A stretch of DNA of 64,000 nucleotides from assembly GCA_013239625.1 (NCBI GenBank), contig MU053319.1, forward strand, positions 1 to 64,000. The letters run 5' to 3'. The notes below the pieces were generated by a model. It ran no database searches, was not told the origin of the DNA, and saw only the letters and a list, made by a program, of their open reading frames with translations. This document shows, in pieces, positions 12,366-24,263 of this stretch. Positions within the stretch are counted from its first letter, which is position 1. Each line of letters starts with the position of its first letter. The stretch is from Lama guanicoe. Its lineage: Eukaryota. The translations under genes were made by a program, and so were the position numbers.

Positions 12366-12700
12366 TTCCGAAATACTGGGGTTTTTTTGCAGTTACTCCA
12401 TCTTTCAAGCCAGAGAGTCATTTTATTACACTTGTGCTGTCAGTTTCAAGGTCTAAATTATGCGCAAAACTTGAATTGTTGGTGTTTACATTTAAATAGA
12501 CATGCAAGGCTTTTTCAGTTTTTGAATATACTATTCCGAAATACTGGGGTTTTTTTGCAGTTACTCCATCTTTCAAGCCAGACAGTCATTTTATTACACT
12601 TGTACTGTCAGTGTCAAGGTCTAAATTATGTGCAAAACTTGAATTGTTGGTGTTTACATTTAAATAGACATGCAAGGCTTTTTCAGTTTTTGAATATACT
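12366..12700 (+). repeat. Tandem duplication, 2 x 168 bp
   Basis: TTCCGAAATACTGGGG starts at 12366 and 12534. Four substitutions between the copies. Confidence 0.95.
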
Positions 12701-13318
12701 TAATCATATATTTCTTGGTTTTTTTTGTTGTTTTTTTTTTTCATTCTAAATGATATGTTAGCTGGCAGGAAGATCACCTGATTTCCTAAGTACACTGGGG
12801 GAGGCGCTGCGTTATTTTTCCCAAGTGTTGCTAGTGCATTTCCATTTGAAATTAATCACTTAGTACTAATTCACATAGATGCAAAATGGAAGAGAAAGTA
12901 ACGTGATCGGTTCAAAGTTTTGACCAAAACAATAACCAATTTCTTCTCTAGTCAAACAAACTGCAATGGTAATCCAATCATTCCATGGATTGATCAGACT
13001 TTCCAGCCTCTAGCTACTCAAAAATTCAGACTCACTTAGACCTTACCTTTACTCTGAACAGATCAGTTAGTTCCTGCTGGTTTCCAGAATGTGGGGGAGC
13101 TGGCTAAATGAATCGGACTCTTTGGCGTTCGGTTTGCCCTTTTCAGAAATAGTCAAAAATCGGTAATTAGGATATCCAGCTGAGAGGCGTCTTTTTCGCT
13201 GCATAGAATAGTCTTTTATTTTTCAAATTTTCTAGTTAATTGTGCAATTTTTAATACCTCAATTTATTGAGCACAAATAGGTTTAAATGAAAAAAATGTG
13301 TTTTGCAAACTCAAGAGT

Positions 13319-13909
13319 TGTTGCTGAAAGATCAGCCCCGTCCCTGATGAGCCAAATAACTCAGAGATCAGGTCCCGGAGCTTAGAAGGAAAGAGGCAGC
13401 TTTACTACTGTGCCGGGCAAAGGGGACTCAGCTCAGGCTGGTGCCTTCACAGCTGTGAGCCCACCTTGGGGATGGGGTGGGGTGGTTACAGAGCCATAGC
13501 TCAAACAATAAAGCATTGGTAACAGTCAACAGAGTCATTTTCTCATCAGGAGACTTAGAGAGGCATCATGATGCCTCCAGGCGACCAGCTCTAAGGAAGC
13601 CAGTTGTCGCCTTTTCGATCTCTTTATCTCATAAGCGCTCAAGGCGCGGTCTTCTTGGTATTTAGGCTACTTTGTAAGGTTACTGTTCTGTGACCTTCTC
13701 CCTGGAGATCAACTCATAGACCAAGCATGATTATAGCTTCTGATACTGGACTGAAGTAGAAACAGTAAGATCAATAGCTTTAGTTTTAACAGTGAGCCTG
13801 GAACTGTGAGTAGCAACCGATCAGGCAGGTCAGTTGACTATTTTAAGGGCAAGCATAAGAATAAGCCATCTGTTAGCCTAAATGTGGCCATTTTATTGTT
13901 CCCCCTTCA
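13319..13909 (-). mobile_element. Complete ERV1 solo LTR
   Basis: TG...CA termini with 4-bp TSD GAGT at 13315-13318 and 13910-13913. Confidence 0.85.
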
Positions 13910-15049
13910 GAGTGACCTTGTATGATTTGGGCTGGTTGGTATTCGGGTACAGAATGCCCTGGGATGCTTCTGCTCTCTTTGTTCAAAGGACTATATAATC
14001 TTTTAGTATCAACCAAATTTAAAAATGAGAATGGGGAACAATGAAATCCTTTTAAAAGGACAGAGATTGAAGGTAAACTTATTCTTACTATTTAAAGTGT
14101 TCCTGCTGAATCATAAAGTGAATGTTCTAAAAATCTGTCTTTTTTCCTAATATTCAGTGTTGTGGATTTTAACTGCATCACCTGTGGCCCTGTGACTCAG
14201 CCATCTCTTTCCATCACACACCACACCTCCCAATGTGGGTTCATTACTGTGAGCCATCATAGGCTGAAATCCACTGCTATAATCTTGCTATTTATTACCA
14301 GCCATTTAGAAGTTGCTGAAGATTAAAAATATTTATCTTAAAGTCTAAAAGTATATTTTCATCGTCCCCTTAACACAATCAAGATGGAAATCTTCGGACA
14401 GTGAAACTAAATGGCAATTTTTTTTTTTAAACTTCTTTCTCCTAAAATTGATTTTACACTAAGACCACATCATCACACAACCCTTGCAGGCTTCCTAAAA
14501 GTGGTATGCTATGATGTACAAGTGAAAAAGCTTTCCTGCTGAAATGCAAGACTTAAAACTAGAATTTGAATGGCATTAAAGAGTCAGTTTCCACGAGAAA
14601 CACCAATCTGGGCTACTTTATTATTCTCCACCTAATGTTTTCTTTTTCCTCTTTGAAGTGTGTTTACTTTTGGCATGTGCCTTTTCCCAATGTATTCAGT
14701 TTTCCTTATAGGTCCAAGATAGATTTTTGTCATAGGTTAATTTTGACTTAACAAACCTGCCTCTATGCTTTAACTGATCTAGGTTGAAGATGATTGCCCA
14801 AGCCCATGTCTGCATTAATTTTGAAGTTACATTAAGTCATACATGCTTCAAAAGAGCTTCTTTGTAAATGAACTTGTCTGGTGGCTGTTGGTCACTAGAG
14901 GACTTGCTTTATAATTTAATGAACTCCATTGCTTTTATTTAATGAATCCAAACGTTATATTTCCAGGTTAACGCTGGAATCCATTATCCAAATGCAGTGG
15001 TGGGTGTCTCCCATGCGTGATTCCTTCTTTGAAAGATGACCGGCAGGTG
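13649..15049 (+). repeat. 1.4-kb duplicate, copy 1 (probable assembly artefact)
   Basis: Apparently identical to 15758-17158 at a constant offset of 2109. The copies are separated by N gaps. Confidence 0.9.
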
Positions 15050-15179
15050 ATTATGTTTAACTTTTGACAACTACACTTTTATTACTTTTACTCTTTAGCT
15101 CACTTACCTTCTTTTCCCCTCATCGCTTTTCCTAAGTATCCTCCAAGGAAAAGAAAATGTTTTTATTGAGGTGAGGCTA

Positions 15180-15356
15180 NNNNNNNNNNNNNNNNNNNNN
15201 NNNNNNNNNNNNNNNNNNNNNNNNNNNNNNNNNNNNNNNNNNNNNNNNNNNNNNNNNNNNNNNNNNNNNNNNNNNNNNNNNNNNNNNNNNNNNNNNNNNN
15301 NNNNNNNNNNNNNNNNNNNNNNNNNNNNNNNNNNNNNNNNNNNNNNNNNNNNNNNN
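15180..15356. other. Assembly gap (N run)
   Basis: Run of N. Confidence 1.
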
Positions 15357-15484
15357 GTAATAGTTTACATCTCATGGCTCTCAGATTACCGGGAGAAAAG
15401 CATACAAGTTTATTTAATATAAATTTTATGTGACAAGGTATTGCAGGAGAGAAGTTCTTGTCTTGTTACCGAAAGAATAGAATT

Positions 15485-15757
15485 NNNNNNNNNNNNNNNN
15501 NNNNNNNNNNNNNNNNNNNNNNNNNNNNNNNNNNNNNNNNNNNNNNNNNNNNNNNNNNNNNNNNNNNNNNNNNNNNNNNNNNNNNNNNNNNNNNNNNNNN
15601 NNNNNNNNNNNNNNNNNNNNNNNNNNNNNNNNNNNNNNNNNNNNNNNNNNNNNNNNNNNNNNNNNNNNNNNNNNNNNNNNNNNNNNNNNNNNNNNNNNNN
15701 NNNNNNNNNNNNNNNNNNNNNNNNNNNNNNNNNNNNNNNNNNNNNNNNNNNNNNNNN
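15485..15757. other. Assembly gap (N run)
   Basis: Run of N. Confidence 1.
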
Positions 15758-17158
15758 GTCTTCTTGGTATTTAGGCTACTTTGTAAGGTTACTGTTCTGT
15801 GACCTTCTCCCTGGAGATCAACTCATAGACCAAGCATGATTATAGCTTCTGATACTGGACTGAAGTAGAAACAGTAAGATCAATAGCTTTAGTTTTAACA
15901 GTGAGCCTGGAACTGTGAGTAGCAACCGATCAGGCAGGTCAGTTGACTATTTTAAGGGCAAGCATAAGAATAAGCCATCTGTTAGCCTAAATGTGGCCAT
16001 TTTATTGTTCCCCCTTCAGAGTGACCTTGTATGATTTGGGCTGGTTGGTATTCGGGTACAGAATGCCCTGGGATGCTTCTGCTCTCTTTGTTCAAAGGAC
16101 TATATAATCTTTTAGTATCAACCAAATTTAAAAATGAGAATGGGGAACAATGAAATCCTTTTAAAAGGACAGAGATTGAAGGTAAACTTATTCTTACTAT
16201 TTAAAGTGTTCCTGCTGAATCATAAAGTGAATGTTCTAAAAATCTGTCTTTTTTCCTAATATTCAGTGTTGTGGATTTTAACTGCATCACCTGTGGCCCT
16301 GTGACTCAGCCATCTCTTTCCATCACACACCACACCTCCCAATGTGGGTTCATTACTGTGAGCCATCATAGGCTGAAATCCACTGCTATAATCTTGCTAT
16401 TTATTACCAGCCATTTAGAAGTTGCTGAAGATTAAAAATATTTATCTTAAAGTCTAAAAGTATATTTTCATCGTCCCCTTAACACAATCAAGATGGAAAT
16501 CTTCGGACAGTGAAACTAAATGGCAATTTTTTTTTTTAAACTTCTTTCTCCTAAAATTGATTTTACACTAAGACCACATCATCACACAACCCTTGCAGGC
16601 TTCCTAAAAGTGGTATGCTATGATGTACAAGTGAAAAAGCTTTCCTGCTGAAATGCAAGACTTAAAACTAGAATTTGAATGGCATTAAAGAGTCAGTTTC
16701 CACGAGAAACACCAATCTGGGCTACTTTATTATTCTCCACCTAATGTTTTCTTTTTCCTCTTTGAAGTGTGTTTACTTTTGGCATGTGCCTTTTCCCAAT
16801 GTATTCAGTTTTCCTTATAGGTCCAAGATAGATTTTTGTCATAGGTTAATTTTGACTTAACAAACCTGCCTCTATGCTTTAACTGATCTAGGTTGAAGAT
16901 GATTGCCCAAGCCCATGTCTGCATTAATTTTGAAGTTACATTAAGTCATACATGCTTCAAAAGAGCTTCTTTGTAAATGAACTTGTCTGGTGGCTGTTGG
17001 TCACTAGAGGACTTGCTTTATAATTTAATGAACTCCATTGCTTTTATTTAATGAATCCAAACGTTATATTTCCAGGTTAACGCTGGAATCCATTATCCAA
17101 ATGCAGTGGTGGGTGTCTCCCATGCGTGATTCCTTCTTTGAAAGATGACCGGCAGGTG
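15758..17158 (+). repeat. 1.4-kb duplicate, copy 2
   Basis: Starts exactly at the gap edge, in the middle of the LTR. Matches 13649-15049. Confidence 0.9.
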
Positions 17159-17544
17159 GGCTATAGAAATGTGCTGTCATAAATGATCTGTGCTTGTAAT
17201 TGGTTTTCAGAACTGGTTTCACTATTTTATCTTGTTTTGCCTCATACTTTGCAATGTATCAAATATATTATGTTTAACTTTCTTTTTGACAACTACACTT
17301 TTATTACTTTTACTCTTTAGCTCACTTACCTTCTTTTCCCCTCATCGCTTTTCCTAAGTATCCTCCAAGGAAAAGAAAATGTTTTTATTGAGGCTAAAAA
17401 ATGGATATCAGAAGGTATTTGGCTGCCAGCTAATTCCCACCCAGGAAAGAGTTTAGTGGCTCAAGTAACAAAATGTTATGTGTACTCCGGACAACTTCCG
17501 GTTAAATTCCAATGCCATTTTGACTTTTCCTTCTGTAATAGTTT

Positions 17545-18550
17545 ACTCATCATCTCATGGCTCTCAGATTACCGGGAGAAAAGCATACAAGTTTATTTAA
17601 TATAAATTTTATGTGACAAGGTATTGCAGGAGAGAAGTTCTTGTCTTGTTACCGAAAGAATTCAGAGACAAGACGTGGAGGTTAAGAAAACAAAGCAGGA
17701 CTTATTAAGGGATGGGTAGTATGCTCTCAAGGAAGGAGCGGGCAGACCCGGTGGGTGGCTGCCCCGAGGGTCCTTGGCAAGCTTGCTATATGACTGCAAA
17801 AATGAATGGGCAGGATTCATTGGTGGGGAGGGGTTTGGGGTCATCTTTCCTGATCTCCATCCCAGTTCCACCTTCCCAGGTGTGAAGAAGGGAATTTTCA
17901 TCCTTATTTATTCTTGATTGGGAAGTTGGATGAGGTCATAATGATCGAAAGGTTACATTCAGATGGTGGGGATTCCTGTCCTGTCCCACACTTCTGCCTC
18001 CAGGACACTGATCAGCCCAGAAGGTGTAGTTTTTTTAATGAGTCCAGGGTATCCTGTTTTTCTTGGCCTGTCTAAGGACCCCCATTGTTCACAAGATGTA
18101 TCGTTTTCTGCCATTTGCTCGTGTCCCCCTTTCTCTGCTCATATCTAGCTACCTGCCCGCTCTAACAAAGAGAGCCTTCCTAAAGAAATAAAGACCCCGA
18201 GAAACAGACCCGCATATTTTATGCGGGGTTTGGTGAAGAATGGGCAGTCACATGGAGCTATGATAGGTTAGGGAGTAGGAGATAATTGTAGCAAAATGAG
18301 GACTGTTGTTTGGTTTCTTCTCAACATCCCTTTGTTTTCAGGGATAAGGTTGCTCCTTTCCTCCGGGAACAGGGAGGGCGCCTCTCACATGAGTTTTAGG
18401 ATCTGTTTCAGGGAAGAAGGGCTGGGGGCGGGGAGGGGGGAGGTCAGTGTAGCCTTCCTGTTTCTGCTCTTTTCCCAAAATCCTTCAGCTTAAAAAAATG
18501 TCATATGCCAAGGTTCTGTATTTGGGGGTAGCATGTCCTGAACCTCATCA
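17545..18550 (-). mobile_element. Older ERV1-type LTR split by a nested LTR (outer parts ~17545-17621 and 18168-18550)
   Basis: AAAAGCATACAAGTTTATTTAATATAAATTTTATGTGAC resumes after the insert as GAGAGCCTTCC...AAAGACCCC. Ends TTTGGGGGTAGCATGTCCTGAACCTCATCA. Confidence 0.65.
17622..18167 (-). mobile_element. Nested ERV solo LTR
   Basis: Minus strand starts TGTTAGAGCGGGCAGGTAGCTAGATATGAGCAGAGAAAGG, homologous to the LTR at 2412. Flanks AAGG/AAGA match 3 of 4. Confidence 0.8.
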
Positions 18551-18859
18551 CTGATACCAGTCCAGGAAAGAGACTCCTTTCCTCACATTGATCTCTTTTT
18601 AATACCTGAGCATCCTTCCTGGAAGTCTATCCCTAGACGTCCCCTCAGATCTCATGGTCGTGGTCGGTTAACATGCTCGTTCTGTAACCCTGTTGGCTAG
18701 AGAGATAGCATTGCCGTAATGGGCTATGACTTTGCTCGTTCTCTTACTGTGATTTGGAAGGAGTACAACACAAAGCCATACAACACCTGCAAAAAAAAAA
18801 GATTCTTTGTGCAAAACATACAAGGATACGTGGATAGGATGTGGCTGAGTGACTTCTCC

Positions 18860-18945
18860 ACAGACTGTAAGCTCCCTGAAAGCAAATTCTATGCGTCCCT
18901 TATTCAGCGCAGAATCTCAACAGCTTATGAATTTATAAATAATGC
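18860..18945 (+). mobile_element. L2 3' fragment
   Basis: AGACTGTAAGCTCCCTGAAAGCA motif. Confidence 0.55.
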
Positions 18946-20264
18946 AGATACTACTATTGATAAGAATATGATGTCTAGTCCTTGAAAGGCAAAACAGGAG
19001 GCGTACAACCCAATCTCAGAGGCACTGCAAGAACAGAACACAGTCTTTGTTACAACGGGACACGGTATCTGGAGATTCTGGGGCTTGATTTTAACGTCAC
19101 CGACGACCTCCAGTTTGATGAATCTAATGGTCAGTTTTGAGTTGTGTTACTTGAGTGATGAGCAGGGTTTGACCTGTGATCATTTCTTCCTCTGTATGTA
19201 CGCTCTTCTTTGGACCGTCAGGGTATCACACTGTCTTGTTTTTTCCCTTTCACAGCCTACTCATTTCAAACTACTTTAATTGTCCTCCTGACTCACCTTT
19301 CAATCCTGAGTGCCCCAGGGCTCAGTCCTCACCCCTCCTTACTTTTCCAATTGCATTCATTCCCTTGATGGTCTTTCCTGTCTCTCAACTTGATATATTA
19401 TCCTATTTGCTAAAGAACATCCAAAATCCAAAAATTTGCTGATGTGTTTCTGTAATTTTTCTTTCTTTCATTTCCTTTTTTCTTTTCTTTCTACTTCGTG
19501 CTAGTTTTATTTGTTGCAGACCACGGTAGAAACAAATGAAACAAATTTTCTGCTGGGATGGCAGAATTACTCACAGCAGTCTTGGAAGAAATATGCCCAT
19601 TGGGAGAAATGACACAATTCGATTCAACAAATATCCGTGTTGCGCCTATTCTGTGAATGACACGGAGCTGAGAAGCCAAATGGGAACCAGTCTCACTCTC
19701 AGGATGCTCATCCCAGTGCCCAGAGACTGTCAGCACACCAACAGCTATAACCATGAAAGAAGGCAGCGTAACCCTACCGCTGCTCCTTACCTAGAAACTT
19801 GTTCCCTGTCTACGCTGCCTGAGAAAAAGCAAAACAAAACCAAAACAGACTACAAGAGCAATTTTTTCCCCTCAGAACTGCTTCCTCCCCTGCTCTTTAA
19901 TTCCAAAAGCTTGAAGGAATTTCTCATACTTACTCTGCTCACTCCTTCATCTCGTGACATCTGCGTTAGATCAGCTCATGTGTGCTGAAGTCAACCCCGT
20001 AAGTGTGAATGGACACTAGCCCCTTCCTTGGGCAGCCTCCCTGATGCGTTGGTGCTGAACCCGCTCTTCCTTCTCAGATGCCATCTCTCTCTTCTCTGTT
20101 CTCTCTTCTTTGTTCATTGCGCATCTCTTAACAGCAAAATGAGAAGATCTTGGCTTGACGTAAATGTATGTGAAAGATTTTTATTTGACAGAAGGCACAC
20201 TAAGAGTCAGCAGTATGAAATATTCATGGAAAACCCAAAGCAAGTAGTACTTTCTAGGGACTCT

Positions 20265-20835
20265 TGATACAGGAAAAATGGGGCACACAGGAAAGAATTC
20301 AAGAGCAAGCCATTGGTGAGTAAAAACAGATTTATTCAGAGAGAGGAACACACCATAGACTGAATTGGAGCCGTCTCAGAAGGCAGGAGAAAGGCCACAA
20401 GGTGCAGGGTTGGGTGTTTAAAGCAAAAGTAGATGCACGCTCCATAGATAGAGTACAGGCTGTCTCCAAAGGCCAGGGAGTGAGAGGCCGTGAGGTGCAG
20501 GGTTGTTAGTTTTTATGGGTTGTGTAGCTTCATATACTAACAAGTGGGAGGATTGTTCCAATTACTTTGGGAAGAAGGCTGAGGTTCCCAGGAACTGGGC
20601 CATCGCCCAGTTTTGTATTTTTATGGTCAGCCTCGAAAGTGTCATGGCACCTGGGGAAGTGCCATTTACCGTGTGAACATATTACAGTAGCATATAATGA
20701 AGCTCAATGTCTACTCGAAGTCAAATCTCCCACCATCTTGGGCCTTAAGGCCTATTGGGAGTTGAGTCTCCTGCCATCTTGATGTTAATGGCTGTGTCAT
20801 GCCCTTAATGGCTGTGCTCTGCCCCCTTCCCTTTT
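20265..20835 (-). mobile_element. ERV1 solo LTR (5' boundary approximate)
   Basis: Minus strand ends CCCCATTTTTCCTGTATCA and contains GACACAGCCATTAACATCAAGATGG, both shared with the LTR at 21049. Confidence 0.75.
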
Positions 20836-21048
20836 GAAGCCAAAACCAAAGCATTTGGTTGACTTACAAGTTCCAAGTTAAAGAGTTATGAACCAATTGA
20901 ACGATGTGCCCAAGAAGGCAACTAAGTCAGACATCAAGGGGGCCTGTAAAGTGAGTCACACAATGAACAGTCGATGATACAGGTTATATTTAGATAAAGA
21001 AGGGAACATAATTACTGACTTTAAACATCTGAAGGCCATGTGTGGTGG

Positions 21049-21554
21049 TGAGACAGGAGGAGAGTGGACAAGGCACAACCATTAAAAGAAAGACACAGCC
21101 ATTAGCACCAAGATGCTGGAGGACTTGGCTTGAAGTGGACCTTGAGCTTCAATAGATGCTCATTGAAATACAACAGCTGTTAACTGGTCCTCCTGCAGGT
21201 GCCAGGACAGGTTGAAGGCTGGTCATAGAAGCTCAAAGGGTGAGAGATGGGAGTCCCATCCCCTTCCCCAAAATAGTCAGAGTAATCCTCCCACCTGTTC
21301 GCATATGAAGTTCTGAGCCCCTAAAAACTAACAGCCCCCACACCTCATGGCCTTTCTCCTACCTTTTAACACAGCCTGCACTCTGTCTATGGAGTACGTA
21401 TCTTTCTGAATAAATCTACCTCTTTTCAACTGTGTCTCGCTCTTGAATTCTTCCTTGTGATAAGCCAAGGACCCACCGTTGGTGGGGTGCCTTCTAGGGA
21501 CTCAGCTGAGACCTGGGGCTCAGCCATCCTCTCGCCCCATGTCTTTCTGTATCA
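21049..21554 (+). mobile_element. ERV1 solo LTR
   Basis: TGAGACAGG...CTGTATCA termini, AATAAA near 21409, flanks GTGG/GTGA. Confidence 0.8.
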
Positions 21555-21646
21555 GTGATGAGATTGTGAGAGGTGGGCAGAAATCTCTTTAGGAGAGATC
21601 CAAAAGACTTCCTAATAATTTGGACTAGATTAAAAACCTCTTCTGA

Positions 21647-22148
21647 TGTGGCAATGCTACAATTACTAAGGCAAAATCAAACAAAAGTTTAATGGAAAGT
21701 ATGCATGGGAAAGACTAAGGAAAGCTACGTAGCTCACCACAGTGGCCAAAGCCCTCCGGTTGAATGCCTTAAATATCATCTTTAGCTAAAGACAGAAGAG
21801 GGCTTGGGGGGTCGTGGTTTGGGATTTCAAAGAGAAAGAAGGTAATTCACATGAAGGCGGAAAAGCAAATGTTTGGTAAACAAATGTTTGCTAAGCCAGG
21901 CAGAGACAATAGAACGCAGAGAGGAATTTTAACAAACAGACTTTGCTAGGCTCCTCCCTGTTCGTCCTCACCTGTGCTCTGTGGTGGTGCTCCCTTCCTG
22001 GAATAGGTCCTCTACCTACGGTGTTTAGACAGGTACAGGGAGGGAAGGAAAAAGACTTCCTGAATCTTTGCAGCCTTGATTGTTTTTAGCTCAAAATAAC
22101 CCACATGCCAAAGAGATACTTTGGGGTGGCAAATTTTGCTCCCCTACA
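21647..22148 (-). mobile_element. Old ERV1 LTR (MER34/MER39-like)
   Basis: Ends CTCAAAATAACCCACATGCCAAAGAGATACTTTGGGGTGGCAAATTTTGCTCCCCTACA. Confidence 0.65.
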
Positions 22149-22276
22149 ACATACATATCCATACATAGATGGATGTGAGCATGTGTGTATATATATGCAT
22201 GTGCACATGATGGGCTTGCACATGTATATTCATCATACATAAATTTTACACACTTTCATATATAAATCCATATAGG

Positions 22277-22717
22277 TGTCAACTGAAAAAATGCACACCT
22301 AAAAAATTGAGAATTACGATTTACTGATTTATTCAGTGGAGGCCTTAAGCCCAGGAGACAGCCTCTCAGATAGCTCTGAGGGACCATTCTGAAGAGGCTA
22401 CGGAGGAGGCAGGATACACCGAAGTTTTTGCAAAAACCAGGTAATCAGAACATCAAAAGATTACTATTAGTGAAAGAAAACCAGACATCTCAAGTTAGCA
22501 AATTCAGCACTTTTCTATGCACGGAAAGATACAAGAGTCTGGGCTCACTGAAATCACTCCTTTGCTGTTTGCCTTAGCTATCCTGGACCAGTATCCCATT
22601 CATTTCCATCCTGAGTCCCCTCAGGGGGCACCACGGGGGGCGGCTGCAGTGGTTGATGGCTTGATGGCCACAGCATCCTACGTTGACTGATATGGTAGGT
22701 GACACTCTTTGTCTACA
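22277..22717 (-). mobile_element. ERV1 solo LTR (same family as 11348)
   Basis: TGTCAACTGAAA...CTACA termini, shared CAGCCTCTCAGATAGCTCTGAGGG, flanks TAGG/TATG. Confidence 0.85.
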
Positions 22718-24263
22718 TATGTAAATATATATATGATATGTATACTTAAGCTCGCCAATGAAAGAGTACAATTCCAGTTGGTACATAGTTTCTCTTGACC
22801 TCTTCTTACCCTCAGGTCCTCTTACTTGATACAATTCTGAGTCTAAAGTTAATTTTGAATAAAAACTTACTGCATTTAATTGATTTTTGTTTCAAGTATC
22901 TTATAGCATGAAAAATACTATGCACGGCTTTTGCTTTTAGAATAATTTTAAATGTTTATTGCTTGTGGTGTGAAGAGGGAAGTTGGGGTGTTAAGGTCAG
23001 AGACTGCATTCAAGGCTATTAATAGAGCAGTCTTAATGAATCAGATACAGCCTGTAATCCATGAAATAATAGATTATCATGGAATAAGTGAGTTAACTAC
23101 TAATTAAAAAGTGAGCAACAATAATTTAGGGAAACATAATTTCATGGTAACAATTATTCCTGCCAAGAAGCGTTCTCATCTTTAAGGAAACAAATGATTG
23201 TCATTAACTCGGTGTAGGTGTCTATTATACGTTGTTACCATCAAATGATGTATGTTGGGAATGCGAGGTTATCTTTTATGTACAGATCTTTTTGCATCTA
23301 TTAAGATACAGTTCAATTTAGAAATGACAAATTGTCCATATTGTGCAAGCCCTTCAAGGTCATGGTTCAATTTTAACATTCATTAAGTTTTGTTTATGTT
23401 TCCACCGTAGATGTGAATGTTCACCACCAAGCTACAAAATTAATAAGAACAATCAATGGTGAATCCTAGACACACACCATTAAAATGAGAGTTGGGCTGA
23501 ATCATTCCAAGCAAAATAAAGTGCAGCCAGTAGAGCTAATGTAAGATTCTAAAATGGAAACAGTAGAATTCTCACAGCTCTTCTTAGACTCACCTTTCTC
23601 TCCTGCCCTAGAGACTGATGCTGGGTTGCAAGTTCCCTGAAGGCAGAGATGAAGTGGTTTGAATATTTAAATGTCACCCAGCACCCAATACATTACTTAG
23701 GGCAGAGAATAGGGTGGATGAATCACTAATCTGATTTCCAAAGGTGTGGGTGGAATGTATTTTATATTTTCCCTGATAATAAGGTACTCCTATTTTTTAA
23801 GCCCATACCCACAACGTATGTGAAAATATATAAAAATCGCACAGTAAAAATGAACAGAGAGATTTCCCAGTATTAGTGAGGTACTCCGTGAACCTTCTGT
23901 GGCTCCAGAAAATCCTGTAAGAAGGTCTCAGGGTCTTTTCCCACGAGAGGATGTGACGACTGTTCCTGTTCAATGTTCTTATTCTCCAAGCCACTGGAGA
24001 ACGGCACGTGGAATTTCAGGGACTGGGATAAAATCCATGGGGCCTTTCTTCCCAGATATTTCACCTGATAATCAAGCATTCAGAATTCATGGAGCCGCTA
24101 CTGAAAGCCCTTTGAGTCAGGGAGGCATATACTGAGCTTTCCCGCAAACTGCGATGTAATCAGTACCATGTGTTTTGAGAACAATAATACATTTTCTGTA
24201 TCATAGCTGACAATTAAGAATTTTGCTCCTTTTGCTATTTTTTTTAAGTTGGATAAAAGCTTC

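Noticed and set aside
15163..15839. ORFs rich in X
   Set aside because: Artefacts of N gaps.
14566..16860. Identical 61-aa ORFs
   Set aside because: TTG-start chance ORF repeated by the probable false duplication.
19520..19988. Strong plus-strand acceptor (TTGCAG after a long pyrimidine tract) and a 150-aa ORF
   Set aside because: All frames from the acceptor stop early. The ORF crosses an antisense L2-like end and resembles no protein I recognise.
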